64,000 nt of DNA from Phallusia mammillata. Taxonomy: Eukaryota. The notes beneath the pieces are model-generated. The model was not told where the DNA came from. It made no database searches and saw nothing but the letters and a program-made list of their open reading frames with translations. How positions within the stretch are numbered: position 1 is the first letter of the stretch; every line of letters starts with the position of its first letter. Made by a program: the position numbers and the translations under genes. Positions 49,927 to 63,190 of this stretch are shown here, one piece after another. The stretch is taken from assembly GCA_965637545.1 (NCBI GenBank), contig OZ281497.1, positions 30,566,001 to 30,630,000 of the forward strand, given 5' to 3'.

Positions 49927-51134
49927 CTGTCAACAAAAATAAGTGGTTAGGAACTTGTGTTGGAATGTCGGTTGTGGAAAGTCATTAGGAGAAACCCGCA
50001 AGTGAATCGTTACTAGTTGCAAGATAATGCAGACATTCAACAGAAAAACAACAAATTCTACCAATTGCATGACAACACTAAACACCGACATATAACATGT
50101 AGAGTTTTTCTGTCAGGTGCGTTACATTACTGGTTGAACGCAAAAGGATATGGCGAAGTGGAGTTTAAGATAGGGCGTGTGCAATCCCACCAAAGGTTAG
50201 ATTTTTGTAGCCTGTTCCTTGCCATATATTAGAATGCTTGGTGACCGGCTGATTCAGTATAACGCCTTCAATAGGCCAGCAGTACTATGATTTTTTCACA
50301 TCGCTACTTCTTGTGCGTATTTTATACAGTGATTGTTTTCTGCAACTAAACTCATGAGTCCCAAAGCATGTGCTTGAGCAAGCGGAAATGGCAACAAGTT
50401 TTCTGAATTAAATCAATGCCAATCATTTTGCACTGGTAATTAATAATTCCAAAAATCGAAACGTTTCACACAAACAAAAACCAAAGCAGTTTCTTCAAAC
50501 TACAAATCCACAAGAAAAAAATACTTTTTTCTGCATTTCAACAATGGCAATCAAGGTTGCTTTAGCGGCGATATTAAACAATAAAAGCTTGTTATAGTCA
50601 CGTATTTGACAAAACCTCAACATTTTGTCACGAACAGTTACGAAGTAAAAAACTAGCGTTGTGGCACGGTTGCATAAAATCTCTCTATACTAAAACTCTT
50701 AGGTCTTATTGGCGTATATGAGGTGTTAACCAGCAGTAAAACGTGTTTGCAACGGTCTGTTGCGAAATAAACGAAACAGGTATGTCATTAACATCAGTAC
50801 CTCAACACAGTATGTCTCCATTCGAGTGCTTCGCTTCGAGCCTTCGTCTCATCTCGAATGCCGCCAGGTGTCTCACCACAGCAAATATTGACTGCGAAGT
50901 TCCTGGGATCGTCCAAATGGCCCCGAAATGACGGTCTGCACAAACATAGTGTTAGTTACTGAAAGTACCACCGCAAAATATAGAACCCTAGATGAAATAT
51001 AGAAGAATATAAGCAAGGCAATGAAACATTTTCGAATCCTCGCATTTTTTGCAGTTGCTGAAATGTTGCTTGCCACAAAAAGCGGAAAAAGCATTTTCTT
51101 GTTTGTGTTTCAAAAGAATTAACACAAAGCTCAC

Positions 51135-51231
51135 GTCTCTTGGGCTCGACCAATCAATTCCAACTGGACCATGGAGAAGTAGAAGGGCAGATCAGGTCTT
51201 GCTGTCGCACTTGGTAAGCGCAGGTAACGTC
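51135..51231 (-). other. 97-nt exon-like cassette, copy B
   Basis: ctaaccacttatatttgttggcag| ... |gtgagc. Confidence 0.45.
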
Positions 51232-52160
51232 CTGCCAACAAATATAAGTGGTTAGAAACGTGTGTGTTGGAATGTCGGTTGTGTAAAGTCATGCCTGAAA
51301 CCCGCAAGTGACCGTTACCTGTTGCGGTTTGGCGGGTGCAAAATAATGCAGACAGACGCACAACATCAAATGACAAATTGTATGACAAAGTAATTAAAAA
51401 TCTCAATAATCGAAACGTTTGACACAGAAAAAACAGGTGTTTTAGATATTAATCTAACTACAAAGCCACAAGAAAAAAATATATTATTCTGCATTTCAAC
51501 AATGACAATTATTATGGCAATAAAGTTGCTTTAGCAGCGATATTTATCACTAAAAGCTTGTTTAAGTATCGTCTTTTACAAAACCCTGGCATCTTGTCAC
51601 TAACAGTTACCAAATAAAAAGCTGCGTTGTGGCACGGCTACATCAAATCTCCCTAAGCCAAACATCGTAATATCTCTCTAACCTAAAATGTTAAACCTAG
51701 TTGGCCTGTGTGAGGTGCTGACCAGCAGTTAAGCTTGTTTGCACCGGTCTGTTGCGAAATAGACGAAATAGTTTTGCCATTACCATCAGTACCTCAACAC
51801 TCTGTCCTTCATCCAACACAGTGCGACTGCATTCGAGTGCTTCGCTTCCGGCGTTTGTCTCATCTCGTATGCCACCAGGTGTCACACTAGAGCAAACGTA
51901 GACTGCGAAGTGCAACTAGCGAAAAATTGCGGTCTGATAAAAAGTGTTACTGAACGTATCACCCCAAAAATGAAATTCTGTGTGGAATATAGGGCAATAT
52001 AAGCAAAGCAATAAAATTTTTGCGATACTTCGCTTGCTTTGCAGAAGCTCAAATGTTACTTTTGTAGCAAATTACACCAAAAAAAGTTGCTTTAATCCAA
52101 CTAAATGCGGTAAATACATTTTTGTTGTTTGTGTTTTGAACGTATTGACACAAAGCTCAC

Positions 52161-52257
52161 CCCTCTAGTAATCGACCAATCTAATACAACTGAAGCATGG
52201 AGAAGTAGAAGGGCAGATCAGGCCTTGCTGTCGCACTTGGCAAGTGCAGGTAATGTC
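52161..52257 (-). other. 97-nt exon-like cassette, copy C
   Basis: ctaaccacttatatttgttgacag| ... |gtgagc. Confidence 0.45.
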
Positions 52258-55200
52258 CTGTCAACAAATATAAGTGGTTAGAAACGTGTATTTGAATGTC
52301 GGTTGTGTAAAGTCATCCCGGAAACCCATATGAACGTTACCAGTTGCCTATTGGCGGTTGCAAGATAATGCTGACGTCCAACAGAAAAATGACAAATTGT
52401 ACAAATTGCATGACAACGCCAAACACGGACATATAACATTACATGTAGAGTTATTGTGTCTGGATCCTGGTTGAAAGGGAAGGACATTGCGAAGTGAAGT
52501 TTAAGATACGGCGTGTGCAATCCCACCACAGGTTAGATTTTTCTAGCCTATGCCTTGCCATATGTGGAAATGCTTGGTGATCGGCTGATTCGGTTCAACG
52601 CCTTCAATAAGCCTGCAGTTCAACGGTTTATTCACATCGCTACTTTCCCTTTGCTGATTTTATACTGTGATTGTTTGCTGGGAATAGCACCCATGTGTAC
52701 CCAAGCATGTGCTTGTGCAAATTTGTAACGGTTCTGATCGGATTTGAAACGGAAGTGGCAACAAGTTTTTTGAATTGCAATCATTCCATTAATTTTGCAT
52801 TGGTAATTGAAAATCCCAAAAATCAAAACTTTTCACACACAAAAACCTGTAGATTAAGATATAACTACAAAGCCACGAGGAAAAAAAACGTAATCAATAA
52901 CATTTCAACAATGACAATCATTATAACAATAATATTGCTTTACAAGCGATATTTATCACTAACGGTTACCAAGTAAAAAAGCTGCGTTGTGGCACGGCTG
53001 CATAAAATCTCTCTAACCTAAAATGTTAAACCTAGTTGGCGTGTGTGAGGTGTTAACCAGCAGTTTTTGGAACGGTCTGTTGCGGTCTCTTTTTCTCCAA
53101 ATAGTTATTCCATCAACATCAGTACCTCAATACTTTGTCCTTCATCCAACACAGTGCGTCTGCATTCGAGTGTTCGCTTCCGGCCTTTCTCACATCTCGT
53201 ATGCCGCCAGGTGTCACACCAGAGCAATCATAGACTGCGAAGTTCCTAAGATCGTCGAACTAGCCCCGAAACTGCGGTCTGCACAAAAACAGTGTTAGTT
53301 ACTGAACGTATCACCCCAAAATGCGGAACGCTACATGGAATATAGAGCAATAAAACTTTCGGGGTACCTCGCGGTCGCTTTTCTATCAAGTTGAACCCCA
53401 AAACAAATTTGCTTCAATGTCACAAAAAAGTTTAAAAACGTTTTTAATGTTTGTGTTTTAAACGTAAGATGATCATAAATTCATCAGCCCTTAAGTGCAA
53501 AATAATGCAGACGCCCAACAGAAAAATGACAAATTGTTCACATTGTATGACAAAACTAATGTAGAATTATTCTTTCTGTCGCATTACAAAAAAAAAACAA
53601 GGCATACTGGTTAAACGGGAAGGATATTGCCACGCGAAGTTTGAGGCGTGTGTAATCCCACCGCAGGATAGATTTTTTTAGCCTTTGCCTTGCCATAACT
53701 TATGTGGGGTGCTTGGTAATCAGCTGATTCGGTATAACGCCTATAATAAGTCTGCGTTATTATAACGTTTTCACATCGTTACGTCTTTCGCGCATTTTAA
53801 AACTGTGATTGTCCCTAAGCTTGTGCTTGTTCAAATTTGTAACGATATGCGGAACGCAACATGGAATATATGTGAGTGCAAGACAATACAGACGGCCAAC
53901 AGACCTTCTATGACAGTGCGATGGCCTAACCGTCAACAAATCTAGCGACCTTTCGTCGTGGTTTCAGTGGCACGTTGTTATTTTGTTTGGCAAAATTGAC
54001 AAAAGACGACATGCTCAAAATATTGCCTGTATATTTAAAACAAGCCTCATATAACTAAGCTTGCTTTATTATTAAGATAATGGGACAGTATACTTGAAAA
54101 AAGATGTTTTTGCACGTTGGTATAGTTATAAATTTGCCAGAGGAGCGTTGTAATGTACATGTAAACCATAAACCCAAACTCGGAAACAAGTGTTGTTTCT
54201 TTGTAAACAAATAGACTTGCCAAACACGGTTTATTTTGACTTTTCTCGGACATATTCTCGGACATATAATATAAATAAGAATCGTGTGCACGTGTTCATC
54301 TTCCACGCACGTGTTACTGAGATTTTTGGAAGTTTGTCCGAGCAGTTGAGAAGTGATATCAACTTTGCCAAACCCAAAAACTCTGCAAGCAACTATTGAT
54401 CAAATACCGAGATTGCCTTCCTATTTCGTCACCCTAGCAATAAAGTGGCCCACAAACCAACAAACACATAATGGAGATCAAGTAGTGAAACCTAAAATAA
54501 CCAAATAAAATGAAAACAGTAAACCACCTGCTTCTTCAAGACAGCTTTTCAGACAAGTTGTAAATTAAGCTAACGTGTGATGATTATCCGAATGAAGGCG
54601 CTGTGCACACCAGACGCGGTTGACGGTTGCCGCTAGCGATGCAGGCGCCAAACCAATCCGCAAAAGGTACCTTATTTTTCTACGTATTTTGCATCAAAAA
54701 AGTTTCTGCCAGCACATAAGTGTAATTGTAAATTGGTTGCGGTTTGGAAAGAACTGAATGATTGATAATTTCTTTACTAATTAGGAAATCAGCTTTCATT
54801 ATTCACAAATTCCGCCATAAACACCACATGTGGTAGCCACGCGAGCCAAATGTCCGGTTTCAGTAAAAGTTTGTTTTGTTTGGCAACACCATAGAAATGC
54901 GTTTCTCATTTGAAGTGCCCTTGAACGGAAAAAATATAACTGTATTTTGGTCACCAAAAATGGGAACGCTATTAATGAATAAATTACGGCATTTTTCCGT
55001 TTCAGGAGGAACCAGTGATGAAAAACGTCATTATATTTTTCATCTTGTATTGTTTGCTGTCAACTTGAAAACCGCTTTTGGCAGCCCAATAACATAACTA
55101 TTACGCTTATCACAGTGGCATATCGGACTGCCATAGCCGAAGAAAATGAAATGTATTCAAACTATAGTTACAGGCGGTTTCCTATAATTTCCGGTGCTGC

Positions 55201-55897
55201 CAAATGCATCACTAGTGAAAGTAGATTAATACAATTTGAGTTGGGTCGTATATATGCATCATGTTGAAATGTCAAACTATTAATGAGAGTTCAGTCACAC
55301 ACATTTACACCACAGCAAGATAACAGAAAAACAAGCATCCGTCTCTAGCACGTATTTATGAGACACACACGCACACTTACACCACTGAACTGCGCTTTTC
55401 AAGCCTTTCATCCCCGAGTTTGTGCCAACAAGCACCTAGATTCCTCAAGGCTTGTTACAAATTGTTGTTATCTGAGCGATTGCGAAATCCAATAAGTCAC
55501 AGTTACCATCCGAAAATTGTGCCGAAAAACACAAAATGCGTCGTTGCAACGTTCCAATGACCACGATCTGTCAAACACTAATCTTACGCAATATTTATAG
55601 GGTTGGTTTCTTGTAGCAAACTTAAAAACGTTGAGGTTCAGTGAAATGGATATAAATTCTGGCACATTTTGGCAATACTAGTAATAAAATCAAACACAAA
55701 CAGTACGCATTCCCTCAATGTATAACAATACCTTTTGCAATCACCAAAAAACGACATGACAAAACTAAACACGGACTTATAACATTACATATAGAGTTAG
55801 TTGTGGCTCCTGGTTACTATGGTTTGTCCAAATATTTACTGGAAACCGAAGAAAGTTCAACAGCACACATAAGTACTCAAGTTAAACAAAAACTTAC

Positions 55898-56010
55898 TTC
55901 GCATCTTTTCTTCTCCACGATTCCTTCACTCAACCAAGTTCGCGCTTCTTTAGTCGACATCAAGCATTTGCAGCCAAATTTATAGGAAACTGCAAACCGC
56001 CATTTTGTTT
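55898..56010 (-). promoter_or_regulatory. Candidate first exon/promoter with YY1-type AAAATGGCGG motif
   Basis: Motif at 55997-56006 on -, strong donor GAA|gtaagt at 55897; a further ag/gtaagt-flanked 55-nt segment at 55381-55435. Confidence 0.35.
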
Positions 56011-57022
56011 CTCGCGCCACGACTGAGAGCTGAACGTTGCCTTTTTTCCCACCTCAGTGAAGAATTGAAAACACGTTTTCCTCCACGACGGTGCTACAAT
56101 TCCTGTTTAAAAAGTTATTACTAATTGTAGAGAACAACTTGTTTAACACGTTGAATGCCAGATGTAAAATACGAAATGAAACAAGGTTGTTACTCGATGC
56201 CTGGAAGTGCCTTGTCACCGCTTTGTTTTCTCATAAATTATTTTAGGCATAAAACATATTTCAAGTTCTTCATAACTCTAATTTGAGCCTCTGAACATGG
56301 TGGCATTTATCGTGTATATGTTAGAAAGTTTAAGCTTGACCGCGGGACGCTTTCGAACAAGAAGGCAAACAAAGCAAATCATCGGATTTAAGTGTTTCGT
56401 TTATGTGCTGATTTGCTTGGTTAAGTCCATTTTCCACATAAATTGACATGGTGTCTCTCAACCTACCAAACCACATTGCCAACTATAGTGATTGTATTCC
56501 CTTATTCGTACTGTGAAGCGCTACATGAAAAGGCGATAGGGCGTGTGGTAAGCCTACGTGTTAACAATTTTTATCAAAACGAAAGATCTCATTAAAACAC
56601 AACAATCAAGTAATAAGTTTCGTATGTGTTGCCCACATCTGTATTAGGAACCTGGAATACATGCAAATTTTCGCCCTCTAAATTGTAATTAATTGAGTCG
56701 GATTTGGTGATAAAGCAATTCCATAAAAGCAACATAGCGCCTAAGAAAGTTTTATGTCTGCAATAGTTAACCACCACAGCTTTGAACACCACAGGCATAA
56801 CGCCAAACACATTCTTTCATTCAGGTTGATCAAGGAAGTTGGTCTGAAGAATGCAACTCGGTGCCACGATACGTCACTATCGCTAGAAAACACAGCGACA
56901 CTTTATGGTGAGTTTTCACGCTAAATCATGTCACATTATTTCACGAATCTGATGAAAGCAGCAGCGTTTGACTCGTAAGTTTGGAACTCGGTTTTGTGTT
57001 GTAAAAACAGCATACATGAAAC

Positions 57023-57173
57023 CAGTGTTTTTTTAAGGTGTTTTGAGGGACCGTTTCAAATTTCTCAGGGGTTTCCCAAAATTTGGACTTGTTTTTTTTG
57101 GTATTTAAATGAAAGACTTGCGGTCTCTTAAAACTACTTAGCGGTCACCCAAACCAAACCCTAAAAAACCCTG
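57023..57173. mobile_element. 151-bp hAT MITE
   Basis: CAGTGTTTTTT / AAAAAACCCTG TIRs; perfect 8-bp TSD CATGAAAC. Confidence 0.8.
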
Positions 57174-58539
57174 CATGAAACACCTAGCGCCTATTGCAAA
57201 AATAAAATCACACTTACACATTACAAACATAATTGCGCCACCCGGACAATTTAACTTTTATTTGTTTACTATCGAAACAGATTTACATGCGTGGTGATGT
57301 AAGCGCAAACTTTTCAGCTGTGAAACATGAAAGTAACGTATTGTATTGTGTTAATTCGGTAATGGCGCCTTCAATGGACCTGACGCATTGTGATTGAACT
57401 ATTGTATTGTATTAATTTAAAAACATGGACATAAAAATGGTTCATAACAGTACAGAAACACTACACTAGTGCCACAGAATCGAAAAACAGCTGCAAAAAC
57501 CTTGTGGTTAATATTACGCTAAATTGGAGACAAGATAAATTGGAGACAACAACAAAACACGCAGCAGCCGCACCCTTAAGACTATTTACAAATAACACGT
57601 GGCAGAGAATTTAGGGATCTCGTTGGAGAAGCGAGGGGCGCAAAACGCGATTGGGTGTGACAACGTAGGTGGTGTATAGATATTCAGTTTTACTGTTATT
57701 TGTGGTTACTAAATAAGCGCATCAGATAATTTCCCTCTTTAGAAACACACTTGCCATCCAGCAAGCCTAAAACCTGTCTGCCTTAAGTTAACTTCCTTAA
57801 AAACTTTCCACTGTAGACATACCTAATTAATCGAAGCCACGAATTTTCTATCAGGAAACGCGTCATCTCTATCAATCGAGAACGCGTAGTGAGTCGGCGA
57901 TTGTTTGGGAATTCGCAAACTTTTGATGTGGAGCCATGAATCGATTTCAGCCAAGTAGACCTGATATATTAATAGACGGAGTTTCCCTGCGTGCTGAAAA
58001 GCAATGCATTATTTCAAAATTACCAAAACAACAATATGAGTCAAAACGTAGCGTGGCATGAAAGCTTAACGTTTATTTATCCTCGAAGCAATAGCTAATA
58101 ACTTTACATTGATCTGAAGGCTAACCTGAACCCGAATTATAAAGAAAATACAAGGGGATATGCCTTTCCCATCGAAATAGTAAATATACGACACAACTGA
58201 CCCCGAGTGTAAAGTCAGGCCCTAAACAAGCTCAAACTCGGCCCAAACCCGAAAAGTCGCGCAAAGTTTTAACCCAGGTGGCATAAATCAGGCTCAAAAG
58301 GATGACGTCACCAAACCCAAAAAACGGTAATGTAGTTAGAACATTATACACGGATCTGTTCATAAGTTGATTGAGAGAAATAACGGCCTAAATAGACTTT
58401 AGCATGTCGCATATTAGTCTATTTGGGCCGTTTTTGCACTCATTAAGATGTAGTTACCTCTGAAAAATGTCAAACTACCTATTTCGGATTAATTGTCCAC
58501 AGGTTAAGAACAAATCAACAACAAGACAACAAGTAGAAA

Positions 58540-58606
58540 TTTGGATTTAAAACCTAAAACATCCGACTTACATCAGGCGTGACGTTCCAACTGAGCTACA
58601 CAGACT
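58540..58606 (-). mobile_element. tRNA-derived SINE-like head, degenerate
   Basis: A box TAGCTCAGTTGG and degenerate B box GGTTTTAAATCC on -. Confidence 0.35.
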
Positions 58607-60421
58607 CGGTTAGGTTCCGTGCTGAAAATCGAATATACTTTTACATATTTACCCTGTAGAGTTCATATCGACCAACGATAACGTCACTCATACAAGGTGT
58701 AGGAAATTTTGAAGTTAACACGATGTAGAATTGTAACTAGATGCGGGGTAAGATAGGCATCTTAACTTTATTGGCGACGTCAATTTTGCAAGTCCATTGG
58801 ATCGCACATTTGCAGTAAAACGAAGGAAAGGCCCACAATTGCACGCAATACCGCGCAGCAATGTTAAGGTTGGAGTTTAGCTGTTTGATTGATAACCACA
58901 GATGGAGAGTTGGGTTTATCACAAATACAGTTTCGAGGTTGCCCTGCGTTCGGCCGTTTCTACAAAAACAACTCGCACCATCTGTGAAAAGTATTAAATC
59001 AATGCTCCTTCAGCTCACACGGCAAACTCGGCGAACTTGCTAAACTGCACTTTGTCTCCACCAAGCGGAAAAACTTGTACGCAAATGAGGCAACAGCTCG
59101 TGATTGTAAAATGCGACGCCGTTATGTATCACGAATCACGATCATGTGAAACCGCCGTTCTGTCAGAGGGGCTTACTTCACGTGGTAAACACAAAGCAGT
59201 TCCAACTAAACATATTTAAAGTGTTAACGAAGTGGAACCAAACGATGTATCGCTAACAATCATATTAAACAATTTTAGGTGGTATTACTGAAATTTGTTA
59301 TAGTTGACTGCACGAAACTCGGCACACAAAACGCTTTTCCGCAAAAGAAAGGGTTTTTCAAATCAGAGCAAGTTAATGTCAAAAAGCGAAAGGGAAAATG
59401 ACTGAGCAAGCAAAGTGTAACTCTGATTTTTTTTTGATTGATAACAGTTGTGGCCTCCAGGTGCAAGCGATGCTACAGAGTTTGGTAGCAAAAAAACACG
59501 CAAATCAATTCGTTTGAGTCTGTTGGAGCAGAAAATGTGGGATAAAAAGTAGAAACGATCGAAATTATTTGCAAATGACACCGGGTTTAAGAAGTTATTT
59601 TTAATTTGTTTTGAAAAATAATTACCAGCTAAAAATAAAAAGACAATAAATTAACTGACAAAAAAGAAACCTTAGCGCAATTTTAAGTTAAAAGAGACTG
59701 ACAAAAAGAAGTTGAATAAAAGAATAATTTGTTACCCGAAAAAAATTGCATGGAGTTTGTAAACACAATAGGATGACTAACGACACCCTGATTTTATTTT
59801 GTTTCACATTTAGTTACTCCCGTAAGACATTTTGTATATTGTGTATTACTACTAAGTGCAAGTACTTTTGCTACACTTTGTTGCTAAGTTATGTAAGGTT
59901 TTTGATATTAAAAAAAATATTAAAAATTAATAAAAGTTGTTGTATTTCATTTTTGGGTTATTATCCTCAAACCGGGAAATTTCCATTATAGTCGACAACA
60001 ATCACGTTTTCCACGAAATCGTTTCAACTTTTAAAAGTTGGCAACATTCACCAATCTCAACTCGTAAACTTACTTGTGTTTTACAGAAACAGTTGCAGCA
60101 TGTCCCTTAACTTTTGTTCCAACTTTCATGTTGCTTGAATCCATGTTGTGGCCTCCAAACTTGTTTGGTCCACACGTAACTAGCAGGTCTTAGGAGATTT
60201 AGCCCGTTTTGAATTGTTTTATTTATTGTCACACATCATACATGTAAATTTAAATCACGACCACAGAATCACATCAAACGGGTTTCCAAAAAATGTGACC
60301 TTTGGTGCACATATCTGTGTTTAAATAAAACACAGAAGTTACACGTTAACAAAAGCCACGGTATACATTTACATTTGGTCCAACAACTTTACACAATTAT
60401 ACAGACCAGTCAGAAGTAGAG

Positions 60422-62390
60422 TGTGAAGCGCTGTCGAACTGCCAACAGAAACAGGGCGCTGATTACGCACACGCTTTTTTACACGAGGCGAAACACGCTA
60501 AGGGCAAGAAACCAAATGTTTGTAAACACATGCAACACTGTCCGTAACATTCCGGCCCCAAATACTGACAAATCAACAAAGTATTTTACAACATACAAGG
60601 ACAGTATTGACACCCGTAATACACACATTTTTTGCGGCAACAATCGAGACGAAAGCATTGCATTATGTGGCCGACATTAATACCGATGAACCAAAGCCAC
60701 AGCGCGACAAAACAACTCAGCTCAAAAGCGAACGCAACAATTGCGTTTATACAAACTAAATCACTGAACCAAAATAGCCACTGCGGCTGAACAGACTACA
60801 ATATCTTCAATCAAACTACAAGACAGTAAAAAATACATCAAAAGAAACAGTAGCAGCATGGAAAACAAATAGACAGAATACATGCACTGGGCTTACCACT
60901 TGCTAGTACAAGGCATACAATGCAGGATGTTTAACGTTCTTGAAAATATCAATAACAAATAACGTTCACCAAAAAACGCACAAATTACTCTGGCTCGAGA
61001 AAGCACAGTTTTCCAACGTCTCGAATAAGCGTTAAATTGGCCAATCGGGTGTGTTAAAATGCCTTAATCCACGTTGTCGAAACTCTTCACATATCTGCAG
61101 TTGATTCCATTCTCTAATACACTTCTGGAGCTCCTTGTCTGTGCCTGCGATAACTGTAGCGAGAGAGGCCGCTACATGATCCCCCCCTCCAGAAACTGAC
61201 ATAATAAAAATTAGAACATAAAACGCGACGGAGTGCGAATTTGACGCGTGGGTGTACGTTGGCCCGAAGGTAAAGTTTCTAGTTGGTGACCTGGTGGATC
61301 CGCCGGGCAGGGATGGGTTCGGGTGTGAGGAGTGGCGTAACGATCAGGTTGGACATCTGAGTTAAGGCGGCGGTAATCGCCGCAGGCGCGCCACCCACCG
61401 GACGACTTTGGAATCATGTGCACTAGCGAGGCCCATGGACTGGAAGAACGTCGAATAATCCCCAGTTGCAGCATGTTGTGAAATTCTTTTTTAGCGATGC
61501 TGAGTTTTTCGGGAGGGAGACGACGAGCGCGAGAGTGCACGGGTGGGCCGTTAGTGGGAATGAAATGCTGAACTCCATGCTTGGGAAGCGACTGTGAAAA
61601 GTGGAGAGTTGTTATTCCTGGGAACTCGGCCAATAGTCGAGCATAGACAGACTTGCCCGCGGAAACAGCATTCAGGTTCGGCGCTGATTGGGAGGCCTTG
61701 CCAAGTGCCACGCTGGAGAAAGTTTCGGCATTGATGAGGCGTCGGTGCTTGAGGTCAACTAAAAGGAATTTGCCCTCAGAAAGTCGGCGCCGAGCAGCGG
61801 TCGAGAAACTTTGACAAGGACAAATTTCCATTGAAATTTGCCGGAAAGGAAATGCATGGTTACTAGACGAAAACCGTACGTCGGGATATGGGTACCATTG
61901 GCAGCAACGAGGGTTTTGCCGGGAGTATTGGTGCGGCGCTCTAATCCCGTGGGAGGTATGACGCTGATCTCGGCGCCAGGATCAAGAAGAAAATTCCGAC
62001 CAGCTGGTTGCCAATTGCGCCGGCCATCGTGGCAGTTAGGGATGGCCGGCCTCCTCGTTTTCCGGTTGTGTCAGTGCGCAAGAGTGACGACAATAACTTT
62101 GAGTCAGGCATTTGCTGTGATGAAGCTGATTGAGACTTCCTACCTCGTTTTTTATGCTGGTTGGGAGACATCGCATTGCGCCGAACGTTGGACAGTGCGG
62201 GTTCCGTAGGCACTGATTTCCCTGACCATATCGCATCAGCTTTGCAGGCCAAGAGCCGTGGATCGCTAATTTCCTCTCCGCTCAGGCGTGTGCGGATATA
62301 CTCAGGCAATCGCCCCAAAAACAGTTGTTGGAAAACAAAACATTCCTTTGCATCGCCAAGTACTGCAAGCATGTTGCCGCAAATTTGCAC
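60422..62390 (-). mobile_element. Internally deleted Gypsy LTR retrotransposon (gag, protease, RT start, integrase tail, PPT, 3' LTR)
   Basis: Gag LFLGRLPEYIR; protease FLLDPGAEISVI; RT start SPWASLVHMIPK...WRACGDYRRLN; PPT GGAGGGGGGGA at about 61180-61190; LTR begins TGTAGCG at 61176. The far LTR end at 60422 is tentative. Confidence 0.88.
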
Positions 62391-62587
62391 AGTTTAAAAT
62401 GAGCCATTTACCAAGTGTTGCCTAATTCCAGTGTTGTTAGCCTTGACATATCAAAACACCAAAGGCTTTTCGAAACCATTCTTTTTTTGTTCGAAACGTT
62501 TGAATTGGAAGAATACGTAGGTGAATAGCTGAGATCAGCCCTGGAGCGTTGATGCAGACCAGCGATCACGACACACTCATATAGAAA

Positions 62588-62662
62588 TCATGGGGTGGGA
62601 ATCGAACCCACGAAAGGGGTCTTTCCGGGACCCACTCTCTACCACCAGTCGAATTACAAGCA
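62588..62662 (-). mobile_element. tRNA-like SINE head or pseudo-tRNA
   Basis: Perfect T-arm GTGGG-TTCGATT-CCCAC and anticodon-like arm GGGTC-CCGGAAA-GACCC, but no acceptor stem. Confidence 0.5.
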
Positions 62663-62999
62663 CCGTTGCCTGCCTCGTATGCTCCACATGTCAGCTTCGC
62701 AGTAGAGAAACGGTAGATCGCAAGTAATCAATTATGCTTGGTGACGGGCTGAGCGCCTTCAATAGGCCTGATATACTATAATGAGAAAAATCCTACTTCC
62801 ATGCTACCTGGATTAGCAATTGTGTTCTCAGTTCAGCACCTATTATTATGCTATTATATATACTTTATACGTGACAGCGTTTTACTTAATCATCGAAAGC
62901 CAACCAGCACTGTAAACCGGAACACGCGGGGTCAATCGGGTTCGATCGCAAAATCTCACAACTTTACCAAACCTAAACCGACGATGACGTCACACAAAC

Positions 63000-63190
63000 A
63001 AATTTTGATTGACTTGTGGACAACAGTTGGGGACGTATGTCGCTAATGGCAACTGCTTACGTAAGACAAACGTCAATCTGTGACGTAAGGGTGGACGATT
63101 GAAGGAAGTTGCGCGGGAAGACAAGATTGAGAGGAAGTTGCCTCGTGTTTTTGTTGATGTTGTGAATTTAACGTATACTGCTGCCAGGTA
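63000..63190 (+). promoter_or_regulatory. Possible promoter/first exon of a divergent neighbouring gene
   Basis: CpG-rich, two GGAAGT (ETS-type) and TGACGT motifs, then CAG|gtattt; candidate acceptor ttttag| at about 63895. Confidence 0.25.

Larger units (their letters stand above)
49460..53870. repeat. Tandem segmental duplication: four ~1.0-1.3 kb units arranged as two ~2.33 kb dimers
   Basis: The anchor ccaggtgtc recurs at about 49544, 50864, 51875 and 53207; 49510-49920 is nearly identical to 51840-52260. Confidence 0.8.

Noticed and set aside
49840-52260. Plus-strand death-domain-like reading (QLEHGDVEGRIRSCCRTWQVQ) with CAG|gtaatg
   Set aside because: Needs a frameshift, has stops in other copies, and the minus strand has a stronger full acceptor plus donor set.
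62588-62662. Functional tRNA (GGA anticodon)
   Set aside because: No acceptor-stem pairing, C at position 33 and a poor D-arm; treated as a SINE head.
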